A stretch of 64,000 nt of DNA, taken from Elusimicrobia bacterium GWA2_69_24 (GTDB lineage Bacteria; Elusimicrobiota; Elusimicrobia; UBA1565). Below the pieces are notes generated by a model, which was not told the origin of the DNA, made no database searches, and saw nothing but the letters and a program-made list of their open reading frames with translations. Position 1 is the stretch's first letter, and each line of letters starts with the position of its first letter. Location: assembly GCA_001799695.1 (NCBI GenBank), contig MGTY01000063.1, positions 23,255-87,254 of the forward strand. Reading direction: 5' to 3'. Both the position numbers and the translations under genes were made by a program. Below, in pieces: positions 54,801 to 64,000 of the stretch.

Positions 54801-55151
54801 ATGGACTCCCCCGTCTCCTGGCTGCCCCTGGCGGCCATCGTCGCGTTCTTCGCCTGGCGCCTCTGGCGCTTCCAGGCCGTCAAGCGGCGCCTGCCCGAGT
54901 TGCTGGCCCGCGGGGCCGTGATCGTCGACGTACGGAGCCCCGGGGAGTTCGCGGGCGGGAACCGGCCCGGAAGCATCAACATCCCTCTCGACGAGCTCCC
55001 CGCCCGGGCCAAGGAACTCGACCCCAGCAAGCCCGTCATCGTCTGCTGCGCCTCGGGCACCCGCAGCGGGATCGCCCGGGGCATCCTGATGGCCAAGGGC
55101 TTCCGCGAAGTCCTCAACGCCGGCCCTTGGACCAACACCCTCGAATCCTAG
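54801..55151 (+). CDS. rhodanese-like domain protein
   Basis: IVDVRSPGEF, GSINIPL and CCASGTRS; N-terminal TM helix. Confidence 0.9.
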   Translation: MDSPVSWLPLAAIVAFFAWRLWRFQAVKRRLPELLARGAVIVDVRSPGEFAGGNRPGSINIPLDELPARAKELDPSKPVIVCCASGTRSGIARGILMAKGFREVLNAGPWTNTLES

Positions 55152-55155
55152 CCCC

Positions 55156-55183
55156 TTGACTTATGTCTTTTATAGGATACAAT
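55156..55183 (+). promoter_or_regulatory. toxin-antitoxin promoter/operator
   Basis: TTGACT-N16-TACAAT with the imperfect palindrome TGTCTTTTATAGGATACA. Confidence 0.7.
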
Positions 55184-55198
55184 TAGGATAGACTGTCG

Positions 55199-55528
55199 AT
55201 GCTGCCCCGCGAGCGAGAGGTCCGGCACTGCGTAGACGACGGCAGGGATGCGTTCGGGGATTGGCTGGATGCCCTCAAGGATGTTTCGGGTAGGGCCGCG
55301 ATCCTCAAACGCATCGACCGGATCGAGGAAGGCGATTTCGGGGACCATCGCCATGTCGGCATCGGGGTCTGGGAACTGCGCATCCATTTTGGTCCGGGCT
55401 ATCGGGTCTACTATGGGGAGGAAGGGCCGAAGGTCATCCTGCTTCTTTGCGGCGGCAACAAGGCGAAGCAGCGGCGCGATGTCGCCAAGGCCCAGCGATT
55501 GTGGGTGAACCACAGGAGACTGCATTGA
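55199..55528 (+). CDS. type II toxin, RelE/ParE (HigB-like addiction module killer)
   Basis: GDFGD, GVWELRIHFGPGYRVYY and LLCGG.K..Q..D motifs. Confidence 0.92.
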   Translation: MLPREREVRHCVDDGRDAFGDWLDALKDVSGRAAILKRIDRIEEGDFGDHRHVGIGVWELRIHFGPGYRVYYGEEGPKVILLLCGGNKAKQRRDVAKAQRLWVNHRRLH

Positions 55529-55875
55529 GCGACAGCATCTCTCACCATGACTACATGATGAAGCACCTCGCCGCCCCGGCTGAGGCGGCGGCGTATCTGA
55601 ACGCCGTGGCAGAAGACGGGGACCTCAAAGCCTTGCTGAAAGCCCTCCGCAACGTGGTCGAGGCCCAGGGCGGCGTGGGAATGCTCGCGCAGCGGACGAA
55701 ACTAAGCCGCACCTCCCTCTACAAGACCCTCTCTACCGGCGGCAACCCCGAGATCGGCACTTTGGATGCCATTTTGGCCGTCTATGGCATACGCATCGGC
55801 TTCTTCCCAACCGTTCACCCCCCGCATCCGAACTGGCGCCTTTCCAGCCGCCGCGCGCGCTACAAGACGCGCTGA
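55525..55875 (+). CDS. addiction module antidote protein (HTH antitoxin)
   Basis: AAAYLNA, ALRNVVEAQGG and SRTSLYKTLS.GGNP; TTG start overlapping the toxin stop. Confidence 0.9.
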   Translation: MSDSISHHDYMMKHLAAPAEAAAYLNAVAEDGDLKALLKALRNVVEAQGGVGMLAQRTKLSRTSLYKTLSTGGNPEIGTLDAILAVYGIRIGFFPTVHPPHPNWRLSSRRARYKTR

Positions 55876-56080
55876 TCCAAGGCTGCGCCCCGGTCGAAGC
55901 AACCGTTCGGTACGGCCGAGATGGGCTGCCCCAGCCCGCGGCCTTTTGCAAATGCAATATCTCTCGCCTTTCTGGAAATCCTAGGGATTCGTGGCGATAT
56001 TTGGTGGTATGATGATTGCTCATACTGCATTGAACGCGTCTCGAATCGAGCGTCCGGGACAATCGGGTCAGGGGGCATAT

Positions 56081-56644
56081 ATGGCGCGAACCCAAATCGC
56101 ATTCACCATCGGAATCGCTCTTCTCACAGCACCTTTGCCAATTAGCGCTGAAGAGGTGGGCAAATCCCTCGATGCGCTCAAAGCAGCATTCGAGGTGGAA
56201 CTGGCCTCTGGCCTTGGGCGGACGCAATCGGCCATAACCATGAACGAATACAATTTCATCTCCGCTCTCAACGCTCAGCCTACCGTCTTCCAATTGGTCT
56301 TCCTGAATAAGTATGGTGAAGTCCGTTGGTATAGGGATCCTGCCCAGATCACAAAGCCCTATGACTATTTTGTGCAGGCGGTCAAACAACCGACCGATGC
56401 CATCGAGACCGCATTTGCAAAGATCCAGCCGGTCTCCAAACCTGTTGGGCATGGAAAAACTCGGCATATCGCTATTCCGGTGGTTTTCCACGGCGAGGTG
56501 TCAGGCATAGTGTCGTTCCAATCCGAAGATGATGCATTGACGTCCTTGGTCTCGTTCTGCGGCACCTATCGACAGAATAGAGCAGAAATGCGGAAGGTTC
56601 ACCCAAAAGCGGAGCAACCGCTGAAGAATGCTGTTGGCGATTAA
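56081..56644 (+). CDS. exported hypothetical protein (lower GC)
   Basis: Signal peptide; open 187-aa frame in an atypical-composition patch. Confidence 0.55.
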   Translation: MARTQIAFTIGIALLTAPLPISAEEVGKSLDALKAAFEVELASGLGRTQSAITMNEYNFISALNAQPTVFQLVFLNKYGEVRWYRDPAQITKPYDYFVQAVKQPTDAIETAFAKIQPVSKPVGHGKTRHIAIPVVFHGEVSGIVSFQSEDDALTSLVSFCGTYRQNRAEMRKVHPKAEQPLKNAVGD

Positions 56645-58607
56645 ACTGCCCCCAATGATGCACCCCACAAAGTCACGGCCTCGCAGCGCGCTTTGTGCAG
56701 TGTGCCGTTCTGCCATGGCGATGGCGTTCCTCGTTGTTCCTGCTGCCGCCGACACGGACTGCACCATCGGTGGCTATCATGTCTTCGACTCCCCGTCGAT
56801 CTTCTATTTCCGAGGGGATATGGTCGTCGGCGAAACGCTGCGGATCCCGGCCCCAAACCAGTCCCAGATTGAATCAGTACGGTCGCGAGGGAAGACGATT
56901 ACCAGACCGACCTTGAGAATCTATGATAGGAAACGGCATTCCTTGGGAGCACCCATTCAGATCAGAACGCCCGGCTTGACTGCCGTCTCGGCTGGAGCTT
57001 CCTTGGGCAATCGTGCATATATTGGCGGCGAAGAAGGTCTTTTCACTTCCCTTGACTTGCAGGAGTGGGAACCGGTCTCTTCGTTTGCAGGCCGTAAAGT
57101 CAGCAAGATGCTGGGAGATGGAAGCAATCTCTGGATTGGCATCGATGGGGAGATCGTTCGGCTCCAAGACGAGCGGATCGTCGCACGTCACCCATACGAC
57201 GGAGACGCTGTCGTAAGTCTCACTCGTGTTGGCGAGAAGTTGTTGATCGGCACGATAAAGAAAGTGCCTCCACCGTCCGGATTTTGCGAGCCCTTTTTGG
57301 CCGCGGAGGGACTCCTTGCTCTAGACGTCCCTTCAGGCAAGACGATGCTTTTGCAGGCCCCCAGCAAGCCACGCGAAGCCGCAGCTGTTGAGGTGCGTCT
57401 GTCCTCCGCCATTGGCGCGGCGTCCGTAGTCTTCTCGGATAACCTGACCCTAGACGTCACTTATCTCCTTGAGTCGAACTCAAACCGCCTTACAAGGGCC
57501 ATGAGTAAAATCTCACCAAGTTTCCCTAGAAGATGGCTTCACGAGCATCAGCACCAATCCGAGGCCCTCAAAGATCTGATGCCATTGGTCGAACTGCTTT
57601 ATGTGCAAAGCGACTACTTGTGGTATTGGCACTTCTGGAGAGATGTTCTCACTTGGCTGGGAGAGTGCGCGGAATTCAATCGGTTAAAGCGCATCTACAT
57701 CGGGACCAACCTCCGCAACAAAGAGCAACTAATCAAGCTCCTCGGCCTGAGAGATGACAATTTCGCGCGAGAACTTCTCACTCTGGCAATCGATAGGCAT
57801 GAATATTTCCGCGAGGAACTAGCACGTACCGTTGATCGTCACAAAGCCACCATTTATGACAAGCTTCTGCTCCGGATACTTCGAGAAAGCGCTTCGATTG
57901 AGCCCGAAAGCATCGGAAAGAACATCATCGTCCCATTTCCCTGTCCGGCCGGTCAGGCTGCCGACGCATTGTTGCGAAGAATGGGGGATTCCGCAATCCC
58001 GACAATTCAACAGGTCGCGGAAATGCCTTCGACAAGGCCTATCGTGCGAGAATCCTTGGAGCATCGGCTGCGCAATTGGACTTATTCGACTCACAGGCGA
58101 ACATATAAGACAACGATACAGGTGAAGGCCGAGCACGCTAGCGGTGCGGAAGCCGTTGCAATGCTTGATGATGATGATCCATATGTCCGATTCCAGGCGA
58201 TACAGAATCTGAAGGCCACTCCCGACTTAGTACCACTCGCCAAACTGGTCTCGCTTTTGGGAGACACGAACGACGTGGCGACGCATGCAGCCATAATGAT
58301 CGGCCTTTCAAAGGCGTCGGGCGCCACAGAGGCTCTTCTCAAGGCCCTAGACAGTAGCCACAAAAATCCCATCCGTGTATGGGCCATGATTAGCCTCGGC
58401 AAGCGGCAAGATCATCGAGCATATGCCCCCATGGTGGCATCACTATCCGACCGTAACGCAGACATCCGAAGCGCGGCTGCGAAGGGCTTGGGCGACCTTG
58501 GCGATGTCAGTGCGATTCCAAAGCTTAAAACCTTGCTCCAAGATGAGAATTACGTTGTCCGAAACAGCGCCAGCGAATCCATCCGAAAGCTGGAGGGGCG
58601 GCCTTAA
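56628..58607 (+). CDS. HEAT repeat domain protein (lower GC; start uncertain)
   Basis: C-terminal PBS-lyase HEAT repeats (LDDDDPYVRFQA, LSDRNADIRSAAAKGLG, LQDENYVVRNSA); beta-rich N-terminus. Confidence 0.8.
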   Translation: MLLAIKLPPMMHPTKSRPRSALCAVCRSAMAMAFLVVPAAADTDCTIGGYHVFDSPSIFYFRGDMVVGETLRIPAPNQSQIESVRSRGKTITRPTLRIYDRKRHSLGAPIQIRTPGLTAVSAGASLGNRAYIGGEEGLFTSLDLQEWEPVSSFAGRKVSKMLGDGSNLWIGIDGEIVRLQDERIVARHPYDGDAVVSLTRVGEKLLIGTIKKVPPPSGFCEPFLAAEGLLALDVPSGKTMLLQAPSKPREAAAVEVRLSSAIGAASVVFSDNLTLDVTYLLESNSNRLTRAMSKISPSFPRRWLHEHQHQSEALKDLMPLVELLYVQSDYLWYWHFWRDVLTWLGECAEFNRLKRIYIGTNLRNKEQLIKLLGLRDDNFARELLTLAIDRHEYFREELARTVDRHKATIYDKLLLRILRESASIEPESIGKNIIVPFPCPAGQAADALLRRMGDSAIPTIQQVAEMPSTRPIVRESLEHRLRNWTYSTHRRTYKTTIQVKAEHASGAEAVAMLDDDDPYVRFQAIQNLKATPDLVPLAKLVSLLGDTNDVATHAAIMIGLSKASGATEALLKALDSSHKNPIRVWAMISLGKRQDHRAYAPMVASLSDRNADIRSAAAKGLGDLGDVSAIPKLKTLLQDENYVVRNSASESIRKLEGRP

Positions 58608-58639
58608 GTCTGATTTGCCGCCTCACAAACTTGACCTCT

Positions 58640-58661
58640 CTGCCGAGAAATCCCTCGGCAG
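58640..58661. terminator. stem-loop downstream of the HEAT gene
   Basis: CTGCCGAG-N6-CTCGGCAG hairpin, but no U-tract. Confidence 0.3.
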
Positions 58662-58746
58662 GGACCGGGCGGCGGATCAGGATGCAAACACGACCCGACG
58701 CGCCCAGATCCGCCGTCGCTTCCGCCGATTTTGATAGAGTACACGC

Positions 58747-59829
58747 ATGGGCTTCCTCGTTTCTCTCTTCATGTCGGTGTCCGCGTCCGTCTGCGCGGCG
58801 GAGGCGCCGGCGCCCAGGTTCAGCGTGAAGCTCGTGGGACCGCTGTTCGATAAGGCGAAGAACGTCCCTATCCTGGGGCAGGACGGGGCCTATTCCATCC
58901 CCCTCACCGACGGCACCGCGCTCTGGACCTTCGGCGACACCTTGGTCGGCGAGATCCTGCCGGACGGCAAGGACCGCATCGTGGCCATGCCCAGCAGCAC
59001 CTACGGACTGATGGACGCCACGGACCCCTATTCCCTCAAGGGGAACCTGATGTACTTCCGGGATGCTGCCGACTACCCTCTCCATCTGCTCCGCTACGAT
59101 GCCGACGAGATGTCCTCGGTCCGCCGCTTCTGGCCCCAGCACGGGGTCCAGGTCGGCAAGCGCATCTACGTCTACTACACGCTCATCCAGGCCTTCGGCA
59201 CCGGGATGTGGGATTTCGCCTCCGTGGGTCAGGGGCTGGCGGTCGCCGAGCATCCCGCCGGTCCCTACCAGAGGCTCCGCTACAAGGACAACCCCGCGTT
59301 CTGGAACGACATCCAGCCCGCGTTCGGGGGAGCCGTGCTGAAGGGGAACGACGGCTGGATCTACCTTTACGGGCGCGGCCCCACGGGACCGGGGAAATAC
59401 TCCCTGTTCCTCGCCCGGGTGAAGGGCGACCGGATCGGACAGCGGGACGCCTACGAGTACTACACGAACTCGGCCTCGGCTCCGGGCTGGACGAAGCGAG
59501 TCCACCAGGCCTTCCCCCTGTTCGAGAACGGGCAGACCGAACTCTCGGTCTCCTACAACCCCTTCCTCGGCAAGTACCTGATGGTCTACTCCGACCTCCT
59601 GGCCCAGGACACGGTCCTGCGCCTGGCGGACCAGCCCTGGGGCCCCTGGGGGGCGGCGATTCCCGCGGCGCACTGCGCGCCCATCGAGAAAGACGACCTC
59701 TGCTACGCCGCCAAGGAGCACTCCGAGCTCGCGCTGGACCGCGGCCGCCGTGTGTTCATCACCTCGGTGCACACCAAGAACTACGTCCCGGAGCTCCACG
59801 AACTGCGCTTCGAGCCGCCCGCGCCTTGA
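58747..59829 (+). CDS. DUF4185 domain exported beta-propeller protein
   Basis: GQDGAYS, LWTFGDT, GWIYLYG and ELSVSYNPFLGKYLMVY. Confidence 0.8.
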   Translation: MGFLVSLFMSVSASVCAAEAPAPRFSVKLVGPLFDKAKNVPILGQDGAYSIPLTDGTALWTFGDTLVGEILPDGKDRIVAMPSSTYGLMDATDPYSLKGNLMYFRDAADYPLHLLRYDADEMSSVRRFWPQHGVQVGKRIYVYYTLIQAFGTGMWDFASVGQGLAVAEHPAGPYQRLRYKDNPAFWNDIQPAFGGAVLKGNDGWIYLYGRGPTGPGKYSLFLARVKGDRIGQRDAYEYYTNSASAPGWTKRVHQAFPLFENGQTELSVSYNPFLGKYLMVYSDLLAQDTVLRLADQPWGPWGAAIPAAHCAPIEKDDLCYAAKEHSELALDRGRRVFITSVHTKNYVPELHELRFEPPAP

Positions 59830-59860
59830 CATCCGTCGAGAACAGAGCTAGATTCAATAT
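59826..59860 (+). promoter_or_regulatory. sigma70-type promoter, leaderless
   Basis: TTGACA-N17-TAGATT-N6-ATG. Confidence 0.65.
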
Positions 59861-60274
59861 ATGCCCGATGAGATCTGCGCCGTACTCTTCTACGCCGGAC
59901 TGCTCGATAAGGACCGTCTGAAATCCGCCCAGGACACCGCGGCCCGGGACGGCCTCCCACAGAACCGGATCCCTCAGGTCATCGTGGATTCCGGCTGGGC
60001 CACCCGGGATGCGGTCCTGCAGGCCCTGGCCAAAGCCTGGTACATCCCGGTGGGAGCGGCGCCCGCCCCCGGCACGCCGCGCTCCGAGTTCCTGTCCCTC
60101 GACCTCTGCCGCAAGCGCTTCGTGCTCCCCTTGTCGTCCGACGGCCGCCGGCTCCGGGTGGCCTGCGCGGAGCCGTTGGACGCGATGGCCATCAATGAGA
60201 TCCGCCAGCTGACCGGCTTGGAAGTCGAGCCGGTCCTGCTCCTGGCCGGGGAGATCGCCGCGGCCTTGGAATGA
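59861..60274 (+). CDS. stand-alone GspE/PilB N-terminal (MshEN/GSPII_N) domain protein
   Basis: VLPL....RLRVACAEPLDAMAINEIRQLTGLEVEPV motif; no ATPase domain. Confidence 0.75.
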   Translation: MPDEICAVLFYAGLLDKDRLKSAQDTAARDGLPQNRIPQVIVDSGWATRDAVLQALAKAWYIPVGAAPAPGTPRSEFLSLDLCRKRFVLPLSSDGRRLRVACAEPLDAMAINEIRQLTGLEVEPVLLLAGEIAAALE

Positions 60275-60744
60275 CGCGCTCCGCCCTCCTCGCGCTGGTC
60301 CTGCTGGCCCTCGCTCCGGGCGTCCTCCGGGCCGATGAATGCTCCGATTCCTGCCGCCGGACCACCGGCGCGGAGCGGCCGGGCGGACCCGTACTATCCC
60401 TCTACGTCGACTGCGTCGCCGCCTGCGGCGAAGCGGCCGCATCCACCGCGACCATCCGGGGGAAGTCGGACCAGGACCTCGAGGCCGCTCTCGACGCACA
60501 GGCGCGGCACTCCGAGATCATCCGCAAGACCTGCGAGGTCGCTCAGCAAGTCCAGAACGCCTCCGCGCTCGCCGCCTGCCCCAAGGCCGTCAAGCGCCTG
60601 CAGAAGGCCATCGACGCCGTCCGCGGCGCCCAGGCGGACCGGAGCGGGAAACCCCGCCCAGCCAAGAAACCCGCCCTTCCGGCCAAGAAGCCGCCGACGG
60701 CGCCGCCTCCGGCCGCGAAGAAGCCCGCGAAGACCGCCCCTTGA
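60271..60744 (+). CDS. exported Cys-containing hypothetical protein with Lys/Pro/Ala-rich tail
   Basis: ATGA overlap; signal peptide; six Cys. Confidence 0.6.
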   Translation: MTRSALLALVLLALAPGVLRADECSDSCRRTTGAERPGGPVLSLYVDCVAACGEAAASTATIRGKSDQDLEAALDAQARHSEIIRKTCEVAQQVQNASALAACPKAVKRLQKAIDAVRGAQADRSGKPRPAKKPALPAKKPPTAPPPAAKKPAKTAP

Positions 60745-60751
60745 TACGGCG

Positions 60752-61369
60752 ATGATCGAGCTCGTCGGGTACGCCGGTTCCGCGCTGGTGGCCGTCTCCT
60801 TGATGATGAGCAACATCTGGCGCCTGCGCTGGATCAACCTCGTCGGCGCGGTATTCTTCGTGGTCTACGGCCTGGCCGTGCACGCGATCCCCGTGGCGCT
60901 GGTCAACGCGCTCATCGTGGCGGTGGACGCGTATTATCTCGGCCTGCTTTCTGGGAAGAAGGACTATTTCAGCCTCATGCCCGCCTCCGGCGCGGACGAG
61001 AGCCTGCTCAAGGGCTTCGTGGAATACTACCAGGAGGACATTCAGCGCTTCTTCCCGGGCTTCGCCCTGCGCGGCATCGCCGAGCCGCGCTGCGTGTTCA
61101 CCCTGCGCAACCTCATGCCCGTGGGCCTGTTCGTCTGCGAGAAGCAGGGTCCCCAGACCCTGCGCATCCTGCTCGACTACGTCATCCCCGACTACCGCGA
61201 CCTGCGCAACGCGCGCTACCTTTATTCCACCCAGGCCGGCCTGTTCAAGGAGCAGGGCTTCCGGGAGTTCCGCGTCCAGCCCCGCGCGCCCGAGTTCGAA
61301 GCCTACGTCCGAAAGCTCGGCTTCGCCCCCGTCCCCGGTGAACCCGGTTCCTACGCCAAGCCCGTCTGA
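60752..61369 (+). CDS. YgjV-like membrane protein
   Basis: VGYAGSALVAVSLMM..IWRLRWINLVG; DYVIPDYRD. Confidence 0.75.
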   Translation: MIELVGYAGSALVAVSLMMSNIWRLRWINLVGAVFFVVYGLAVHAIPVALVNALIVAVDAYYLGLLSGKKDYFSLMPASGADESLLKGFVEYYQEDIQRFFPGFALRGIAEPRCVFTLRNLMPVGLFVCEKQGPQTLRILLDYVIPDYRDLRNARYLYSTQAGLFKEQGFREFRVQPRAPEFEAYVRKLGFAPVPGEPGSYAKPV

Positions 61370-61530
61370 CCCCGGCCGCAGCTTGTGAAGGTCCTCGGCA
61401 GGAGTACCGCGCCCGCATCGGCGTCCGGATCGAGTGCCCGCTGGACGTCGCCTCCTACGGGCTCTTCTCCTGAGCGTACATCCGCGGGCCGGCAAAAGGG
61501 GCGGGGTGCGTCATCCTCCGCCCCTTTCCG

Positions 61531-61758
61531 TCAATCGCGGGAATCCTGGACGGCTTCCTCGACGCGGGCTGCCGTCTCCTGGATCGCCTTGTTGGCCGCT
61601 TCCTCGGCGCCGCGGGCCTTCTCGACGCTCTTCTTCATGCCCGCCGCGGCTTCGACCGCGGCCTCCTGCGTCTTCCTGATCTCCTTGTTCTGCTGGAGCT
61701 GGGTCATGAGGTACCAAGCTCCCACCGCGGCCAAGGCGAGGATGATAAGGGTTTTCAT
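61531..61758 (-). CDS. small membrane-anchored coiled-coil hypothetical protein
   Basis: N-terminal hydrophobic helix; TAGACT 6 nt upstream of the ATG. Confidence 0.65.
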   Translation of the reverse strand: MKTLIILALAAVGAWYLMTQLQQNKEIRKTQEAAVEAAAGMKKSVEKARGAEEAANKAIQETAARVEEAVQDSRD

Positions 61759-61767
61759 GGGTACAGT

Positions 61768-62319
61768 CTAACTCTTCGGGGCGGGGTTGCGGTTGGCGAA
61801 GCCGAGGATGGCGCCCAGGGCCACGCTCAGGATGGCGGCGAAGAATACCCGGTAGTTCTCTCCCAGCAGGAAGGTCACCGTATGGGCCGGGATCCAGAAC
61901 CAGCCGATGGACCGGATCGCGGTCGCCATCCCGGCCCAGTGCCAGCGCCAAGAGGCCAGATTGTCCAAGGCCCGGTGGAAGTACATGAGGAACGGGGAGA
62001 AGAGCAGGTTCATCTGCAGGCTCACGGCCAGGGCGAAGGCGAGGCTGCCCGCGTTCCCGCACGCAGCCGGGAGCAGGCCCTGGCCGGCTTGGGCCGGGAC
62101 CAGCAGGGCGAAGCTCGCAAATACCCATTTGACCAGGAGCCCGATGGCCCCCCAGATGGCCAGCTTGGCGGGAAGGCTGCGCGGGGGAAAGGGCGCCCAA
62201 TCCCCGCGGGTGCGGATGACGCCGCCCAGCCATTCGCCGACGGTGCCCAGGACCAGGAACTTGAGCAAAGACGCCCAATAGGGGTGCGCGGGGGTGAACT
62301 CGTTGAGGAACCAGCTCAT
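61768..62319 (-). CDS. Mpv17/PMP22 family membrane protein
   Basis: KFLVLGTVGE, MYFHR..DN and FWIPAHTVTFLL; ATGA overlap. Confidence 0.75.
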   Translation of the reverse strand: MSWFLNEFTPAHPYWASLLKFLVLGTVGEWLGGVIRTRGDWAPFPPRSLPAKLAIWGAIGLLVKWVFASFALLVPAQAGQGLLPAACGNAGSLAFALAVSLQMNLLFSPFLMYFHRALDNLASWRWHWAGMATAIRSIGWFWIPAHTVTFLLGENYRVFFAAILSVALGAILGFANRNPAPKS

Positions 62320-62756
62320 GCGCCGAGCTTGAAGCGGATCCGGAGCACCCCGCCCGCGAAGCTGGAAGAGACGATGCGGAAGCCCTCGAGTTCCTTGGTG
62401 GAGGCCGCGTGCACGCCGATGCAGGGGCACGCGTCGTAGTCCCCGATGCGAACGATGCGCAGAGTCTCGGGCGCGTCTTCGGGGAGGCGCCCCAGGTCGT
62501 AGCGCCGCGCCGCTTCCTCCCGGGGCAGGGACTCGTCGGACACGGGCAGGTCGAGCCGGATGGCCTCGTTCACCCGGCGCTCGATCTCGACGACCTCGAC
62601 GGAGGTGAGCTCCCGATCGAAACGGTAGTCGCACTTGGACTTCTTCTTCTCGATATGGGAGCTGAAGGAGCGGCCCTTTTGGAACATCCGGATCATGGTC
62701 TGGTTGAGCAGATGCTCCGCGGTGTGCATCCGCGGCTCGGCGTATTCCTTGCCCAA
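62316..62756 (-). CDS. AlaX-like / tRNA_SAD editing domain protein
   Basis: HTAEHLL and CPCIGVH zinc ligands. Confidence 0.85.
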   Translation of the reverse strand: MGKEYAEPRMHTAEHLLNQTMIRMFQKGRSFSSHIEKKKSKCDYRFDRELTSVEVVEIERRVNEAIRLDLPVSDESLPREEAARRYDLGRLPEDAPETLRIVRIGDYDACPCIGVHAASTKELEGFRIVSSSFAGGVLRIRFKLGA

Positions 62757-62758
62757 GC

Positions 62759-64000
62759 CTAGCCCGCCTTCTTGAGGGCGAGCGCGATCTTCTCGGCCGT
62801 GATGGGCATGGACTTGATCCGGATGCCCAGCGCGTCCTCGACCGCGTTGGCGATCATGGACGCGGCCGGGATCATGGTATGCTCCCCCACCCCCCGCGCC
62901 CCGAACGGGCCGTCCGGCTGGGCGACCTCGATGAGGATGGGGACGATCTCGTCCGGCACGTCGAGCGCGGTGGGGATCTTGTAGTCGGAGAAGTTCGCGT
63001 TGAGGAGCTTGCCCTTCTCGCTGAAACGCATGTCCTCATAGAGCACGGTGGCCAGGCCCTGCAGGAGTCCGCCCGTGACCTGGGACCGGCACAGGTCCGG
63101 ATTTATGGCCTTCCCGAGGTCCACCGCCAGCACGGCCTTGAGCACCTTGACCTTGCCGGTCTCGCGGTCGATCTCGATCTCGACGCCGGCGGCCCCGGTG
63201 GTGTAGTGCACGTTGGGATGGCCGCCCTGGCTGGTCTCGGGGTCGGAGATGGCGGAGGTGAACTCGGGCATGAACATGCCCCGGCCCATGACGGGGCCGC
63301 CCTTGAAGGTGTGGTCCTCGGCTTCGATGCCCGCGATGACGAAGTCCTTGAACGCGAGCCCGAAGTCCGGCTGGGTGCGGCATTTCACCTTCTCGTCCTC
63401 AAGATACAGGGTGTCCCGCTCGAGGTTGAGGGTGCGCTGCACCAGGTCGAATATCTGCTCGCGCGCGTCGATGGCCGCCTTCTTGACCGCGTTGCCGCAG
63501 CCCCAGGTCACGTGCGAGCCCACGGTCTGCCACTCGTAGGGGTTGCGGTCCGTGTCAGGGGTCTCGACCCGGATCTTGGCGGGCGGCACGGACAGGATCT
63601 CGGCCGCGATCTGGGCGCAGATGGTGAGCAGGCCCTGGCCCATGTCCATGCCGGAAATCAGGACGTTGAGGCTGCCGTCCTCGTTGAACTTGAGGAAGGC
63701 CGAGGAGGAGGCGTTGGGCGGCATGGCCGGAGCTTTCCAGAAGCAGACCACGCCCTTGCCCCGGGCCTTGCGCGGGTCCTTGGGCTTGGTCTTCTTCCCC
63801 CAGCCGATCTCCTTGGCCGCCTTCTCGATGGCCTCGTCGAGCCCGCAGGGGTTCATGTGCGCGCCGTAGCACAGGGTGTCCCCGCCCTTGATGGCGTTCC
63901 GGCGCCGGAAGTCCACGGGATCGATCTTGAGCTCGGCCGCCATCCGGTTGATGTGCGACTCCAGGCCGAAGCCGAACTCCGAGTAGCCGAAGCCCCGGTA
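62759..64000 (-). CDS. xanthine dehydrogenase family molybdopterin-binding subunit, 5'-partial
   Basis: YRGFG, DMGQG, VEIEIDRETGKV, DYKIPT and GPFGARGVGE. Confidence 0.92.
   Translation of the reverse strand, partial: YRGFGYSEFGFGLESHINRMAAELKIDPVDFRRRNAIKGGDTLCYGAHMNPCGLDEAIEKAAKEIGWGKKTKPKDPRKARGKGVVCFWKAPAMPPNASSSAFLKFNEDGSLNVLISGMDMGQGLLTICAQIAAEILSVPPAKIRVETPDTDRNPYEWQTVGSHVTWGCGNAVKKAAIDAREQIFDLVQRTLNLERDTLYLEDEKVKCRTQPDFGLAFKDFVIAGIEAEDHTFKGGPVMGRGMFMPEFTSAISDPETSQGGHPNVHYTTGAAGVEIEIDRETGKVKVLKAVLAVDLGKAINPDLCRSQVTGGLLQGLATVLYEDMRFSEKGKLLNANFSDYKIPTALDVPDEIVPILIEVAQPDGPFGARGVGEHTMIPAASMIANAVEDALGIRIKSMPITAEKIALALKKAG

Noticed and set aside
61370-61530. Intergenic region between convergent genes considered as an ncRNA
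   Set aside because: No recognisable RNA family motif or convincing structure by eye.

Overview
Very GC-rich bacterial genomic window; the protein style suggests an Elusimicrobiota-like organism (inference only). About 54 plausible CDSs, no rRNA, tRNA or CRISPR seen. Many long ORFs in the supplied track are antisense or out-of-frame shadows, so starts were re-chosen from ATGA/TGATG overlaps and promoter positions. The main feature is a 16.5-kb translationally coupled operon (12778-29300, minus strand) of nine consecutive radical SAM enzymes: seven cobalamin-type (three with a degenerate methyltransferase-like C-terminal domain), one HemN-like and one with a C-terminal Cys motif. It has no evident carrier, transporter or protease, and one 37-codon ORF sits inside it. 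A second candidate system is three unrelated genes (MFS transporter, PLD-family enzyme, tandem prodomain-like repeat protein) that share an N-terminal signal plus low-complexity leader and a similarly spaced triple-box promoter. Also present: a cytochrome P460/ASPIC-UnbV/ferredoxin operon, a CYTH-DUF4956-CotH-VTC cluster, an ArsR-regulated metal permease, a 3.2-kb bchE-like island flanked by 81-bp direct repeats, a MITE-like element, a toxin-antitoxin/HEAT low-GC patch, several apparently leaderless genes and housekeeping enzymes.
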